Origin: Eledone cirrhosa
Taxonomy: Eukaryota
Assembly (NCBI GenBank): GCA_964016885.1
Contig: CAXHJY010000254.1
Location: 62,001-126,000 of the forward strand
Length of the DNA stretch: 64,000 nt
Reading direction: 5' to 3'
The notes beneath the pieces are model-generated. The model made no database searches. It worked only from the letters and a program-made list of their open reading frames with translations, and was not told the origin of the DNA. The position numbers were made by a program, and so were the translations under genes. Shown one piece after another: positions 57,997 through 64,000 of the stretch; the first letter of the stretch is position 1; the number at the start of each line of letters is the position of its first letter.

Positions 57997-60440
57997 TTAT
58001 TTACTTAGGTCAGTGTTGTTTGTTTGGGTGTTGTTGTTGTTCCACTCATTCTTTCTGTTTAGCTTTGGTCTTCTAATTTCTATTTCACTGGCCTCTCTGA
58101 TTTGCCTATCTGCTAGATCATTCCTATGTTTAGATATTATTCTAATTTCTATGTTGTCTATGTTACCGTCATGTTGTTATCTAGCATGTTCGTATAGTAC
58201 TGACCCGTTTTTTCGTCCTTTTAGTTCCCCCCAGTGTTGGTCTATCCTTTCACCTATGCTACGAGCTGTCTCACCTATGTATGTTGTTGTCATGTTTCTG
58301 CAAGTACCCTCTGTACATCTTATGCTATAGACTACGTTTCTAGTTTTACAGTTTATCCGGGGGTTCACCTTACATATGATACATTTCCTATTGGTACAGT
58401 GGGTTTTCTTAAAAGGGTAGGTTTTGCTGATCAGGGATTTTATGGTGGTTCCTGGCTTTTCTACCACCTTTATTTTTAAGTGGGTCTTTCTCAGGGCCTT
58501 TCTACACTGGTTAGCTAATTTCCCTCCAGGGATGGCGTCCACAAACATGACACTCTGATATCTCTGGTTGTCGTACCATGATGTGGCCTTCCCTATCTTA
58601 TGTCTAGCCCTATCTAATCTATTCCATGATTTGCTCCTGTATAGTGGGCAAATTGCTTTCATGTCCAGTTCTATGAGGGTCTTATACTTTTCCATGGCTC
58701 CTTCGTATACTCTGACTCTGTCTCTTTGGTTGTAGCCAGAGAACTGCATGCGGTTGATGAAGTGTTGGATGTGTCTTTCCATTTCTGTTGGGTTGCACAT
58801 GCTGGACACATTCTTCATCACTCGTACCAAATCTGCGATCAGAATATTAAACTTAGCACTACTGGACATTGCTGAGTTTTTGAGTATCAGGTATTTGGAG
58901 GCCATGGGTTTAGCATAGTGTGAGTGGAGAATTTGGGCTCTCTCGTCTATAGTGTTAATCCAGAGTTCTGTGTCTAATACAGGTAGTCTATTGTTAGGGT
59001 GTTTGGAAGGGAAGTCGATAGTTATAGTTATACTCTGGTGTATGGAATTAGCTATCTGCTGGATGCTTTCCATCGTGCTACGTTCTAAATCAAACTTATT
59101 AGTGCTCTCTAGTGGGGGTGTTCTTATAACTATATTGATATCGTCTACATAGCGAGAGTACATGATGAGGTCTATGGAGCTTTCATTAAGGAGATCTTTA
59201 AGTCTCCTTTCCCACCATACCATGAAAAGGTTGGCAACATCACCAGCTATACTGATGCCGATGGTTGCTCCCTCATTTTGGGTGTAGATTTTCTCATTCA
59301 ACTTAAATATGTGGCCCTTTAGGGTAGTTTTGATACTAGCCCCTATTGCATGTGCGACCATTTTTCTTACCTGATCATTGTTTTGGGGGGTCCGTATAGC
59401 TTTGGTCCACCCAATCCACCTTACTATGGGAGTCTTTTTAGCCATTGAGGTTATGGTGGGGGTCTACCTCTTATGGGTCTACTAGGGCAGAAACATCTAA
59501 GGTCATGGCTGTCTAGGTAGTCAGTGTCGTAGGTAAGTCTAAGTAGAAGGCCCAGTTCGTCTGTGTCGACGTCGCAGAACTCCACCTCACTCTCAATGAT
59601 CATCTCCACACATCTTTTCACAGCAAAATCAATGTTAATGGATGGGTACAGTGACACCACATCCATGCTGCCTATTATGCAGTTGGATAGGCTCCTGTTT
59701 TTGTTGCACTCACTGATTCTGCTGAGGAGGTCCTCTGTACTTTCACATACATCTGGGGACATCTTGATTATGGGCGTATAACCATTGAGAGGAAGTAGGA
59801 GATCCTGTAGTTGCTAGCTATATTAGCTCCGCATACGGGTCTTGTTGGTGGTCCTGTTGTCGGGTCGTCGACTATCTTGTGGTCTTTGCGGAGCCCATAC
59901 AAGGGTGGTATGCCATTGTTAGACGCCTGGAAGTTGTTGGCAGTGCGTCTACTTGGCTTTAGGATGTCAGTCCACATCATCATGTGAGCGTTGAGGATTT
60001 TTTCTCTCCCATCGTGTGTTTGTTGTGCAACTTCGCTCGTGTTGGTGATGTGGGGTTGCATTGCCTCGATGTAGTTCGGCATGCTATCTATTGACATCCT
60101 ACCAGACTTATCTGTGGGTAGACACACTACCTCACCATCCCTTGTGCGCTGCTTGAGGCTAAGCAAGCCTTCTACAGGTTTTCTCCCAAGTTGTTGGGCC
60201 TCTGGTCTGCTCTGTCTCATAGTATACCTGTCTACTACTTGTCTAATCTTATTTCTAGCTATGGTGAACTGTGCCTCCGTCTCGTCATCTATTTGCTGTG
60301 GTATGCAAACTCTTTTATTAAAGGGTAACCTCGTAGGATAAATATTACCAATCTTATATGTTTTGTCAGCTGGGTTGAAAAATAGTTTCTCTAAGGGGTT
60401 GTCGTTATATCTATCGTCATAGTTGTGTGTGTTGCTATTA
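57997..60440 (-). pseudogene. PLE RT-EN ORF broken by two 1-nt deletions and one TAA
   Basis: PTDKSG, LYGLRKDHK, RPVCGA, MDVVSLYPSI, GATIG, RYVDD, LPVLD, VVYSIRC..YIGET..ER..H; continues past TAA 58177 to RQIREA..LNRKNEW. Confidence 0.88.
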
Positions 60441-60547
60441 TTGTTACTGGCAATATTACGCAAATATGACCCTCCCCAAGTATAACAATATCTGTTTCGA
60501 CACACGATTTCATATAAAAAACCTCGCTAAACTAATTCATCGCCGCT

Positions 60548-61606
<1,059 letters not shown>

Positions 61607-61609
61607 TAT

Positions 61610-62712
61610 TAAAATAACAGATTAAAGTTTAAGCAAAGAATCGCTGCTTTCACCCTTAACGGGATCTTCTGAAACTAACAAAGTCAATCTGTAAACGCAG
61701 AACTGGATATTTCAAAAAACGTTGCAACCGGAGGAAGACAGGAAGACGATACTTTGGTTCGTGGTAACGTTCGCTGGCAAAGAACGGGAAAAAACGAATA
61801 ATACGTCATTAATAGGAGCTGTGAAAAACAATTACGCGCAAAGACAAAACCACGTTTATGGTATAAAAGATTTCGTAGACTAATGTTCTCTTAGGTGGTG
61901 CATAGAGACGTTCTCTGGCAATGAACGAAAAGACGAAGATAATAAGTCATATGTGGACCGTGGAGAACAATAGCACGCAAAGACAAAACCACGTAAATGG
62001 TATAGCAGTAATCGTAGACTAAAATTCTAACTAGGAGACCAAATGAATCTCCGCTACAGAGTTAAGAACAAAGTAAATAAATACAATACAGAAGTAATAG
62101 GAACAAATAAATACATACACGCAAACAGATACGTACATACACAAGCATACGCAAAACCTTACCATGGGTATACAAAACCACGCACATATAAATATGTGTG
62201 TGTGTGTATGCTTGTGTATAAATAAATAATTATATAAACGTATATAAGTAAATAAATACGTATATAACAAGCGCACACGCATACCTACATATAAATACAC
62301 GAATGTTCGGAGACGTAAGTCAACTAAAACAAGAAGTACACATATACACACACCCACCATACGTACGAACCTGCACACTCACGCGGACGCAAAACTCCCG
62401 TATACACATAGCCAAACCCTAAATACCAGAATATGTAAAAATTATACGCTATAACAGTCAAATATACGTACGAGAAGGTATACATACCTTCACAAAACAT
62501 ACGGGTAATATATACTTACCTATGCAAATACGTAAAGGAATAAACAAAACATATACTTAGCTCCCACATCAAGTCGTAAAATATCCACGTATAGATCGTA
62601 CTCTCCGTTAGGGTATAACGTGGGGCTGTAATACATGAAAGTGTTGTGCAATTTATGTTTACAAGCCGAAATTGCCTCAGATTTTTTGTTTAAGATGTGG
62701 TCTGTGGCGTAG
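61610..62712 (-). mobile_element. 3' end (EN C-terminus plus 3' UTR) of the PLE family seen at 11175-12113; includes a diverged ~141-bp tandem duplication (61767-62035)
   Basis: 62640-62712 is the reverse complement of ~12038-12110 ([18 protein letters not shown]). Confidence 0.7.
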
Positions 62713-62719
62713 ATATATG

Positions 62720-63007
<288 letters not shown>

Positions 63008-63061
63008 TAAAAAAATAATGAATAAAACAATGAAACAGTTCCTTATATTAAACAAAAAAAG

Positions 63062-63215
63062 TTCATTATTTAACGATCGTTTCTAGGATATATATGTGTT
63101 AGAATTGGCATGCATATTCAACAGATCTATGTACAAAATTATACAAAATTATACAAACTATCAAAATTAAATATACATACCAACACATATATATGCCGTC
63201 TTCAGAAATAATGAA
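63062..63215 (-). ncRNA. Type I hammerhead with giant stem II (family H), complete copy
   Basis: UUCAUUAUUU-CUGAAGA-C GGC AUAUAUAUGUGUUGG...CUAACACAUAUAUAU CCU A-GAAA-CGAUCG-UU-AAAUAAUGAA; 10-bp stem I. Confidence 0.8.
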
Positions 63216-63671
63216 ATATATTTATTGATAATAACAACAATTCAAAATTACAGGTCTGTTTGGGAACAGAGTTCAAATTGACCAATGAAAACACAAAAAG
63301 TTTATACAGTTAGGTGTGTGTATATATGTAAGTAACTTCGTTCACAGATATGCATAAAAATATATATGTTCACATGCATACGCATGCCGAAAAGATGTAT
63401 GTAAATACAAAAATTCAAGGCTAATGTCTCTGTATGTTTATAATCTACAGATAAAATACGTATACGCATATAAATATAAAAATAAAAAAATAAATATATA
63501 CACACATTCATATACTCACACATATACGTACATTCACACACACACGCGCGTATACGCATAAACATACACACAACCACGAACATAGAAAAAAGAAATATAT
63601 TAAGAACATAGAAAAAAGAAATATATTAAGAAAATATACATATATATATATATACATATACATATATACAC

Positions 63672-63704
<33 letters not shown>

Positions 63705-63745
63705 TATAAACAAGTAAAATATAAAATATACATCAATATACATAC

Positions 63746-63803
<58 letters not shown>

Positions 63804-64000
63804 GTATATATACATACATATACATACACATATACATAAACACATACATACACATACATATACATACACACACCATATAAATACACATACACATACACAC
63901 ATGCATACATATAGAGACACATACATATACACATATAAATACATAGACATATACACATATACACGCATATATATATAAACATACATACATACATATATAT

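Larger units (their letters stand above)
57470..60547 (-). mobile_element. 5'-truncated PLE (RT plus C-terminal GIY-YIG) with an inverted 3'-end fragment at its 5' junction (60447-60547)
   Basis: GTTATACTTGGGGAGGGTCATATTTGCGTAATATTGCCAG inverted at both ends; HHR in the 3' UTR. Confidence 0.87.

Noticed and set aside
60480-60547. GAAA-CAGAUAUUG-UU half-hammerhead on the minus strand (similar at 770-790 plus)
   Set aside because: No CUGANGA partner, and it is antisense to the family's HHR-bearing strand.

Overview
This is AT-rich animal DNA, probably cephalopod (Octopus-like), inferred from the SINE/RTE tails and the extreme (TA)n content. No host gene is evident. The window is a (TA)n microsatellite field colonised by retroelements, and the hundreds of Y/I/M/C-rich ORFs in the track are microsatellite artefacts. 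It contains an apparently intact CsRn1-type Ty3/gypsy LTR element (28936-34675, minus), two CR1-group LINEs, several RTE fragments and tRNA-derived SINEs. It also contains at least four Penelope-like element (PLE) lineages with pseudo-LTRs and head-to-head inverted duplications. Reading both strands by eye I find 22 type I hammerhead ribozyme (HHR) motifs in about 9 families. Several lie in non-coding, terminally redundant monomers of 310, 433, 518 and ~533 bp that look like retrozymes (circular-RNA retroelements). The most notable observations are: (i) a two-ORF endonuclease-bearing PLE and a CR1 LINE whose ORF1/ORF2 overlaps each carry an in-phase U UUU UUA -1 slippery site; (ii) HHRs with greatly extended stem II (about 50 nt with covariation, and about 115 nt) and a conserved C.A base mismatch; (iii) family-specific palindromic stem-III sequences; (iv) an in-frame UGA at a conserved Cys of a PLE linker; (v) a PLE reverse transcriptase with a telomerase-IFD-like insertion; (vi) a LINE ORF1 with Myb/SANT-like and CCCH domains. 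All structures were derived by eye. No folding software or database searches were run.
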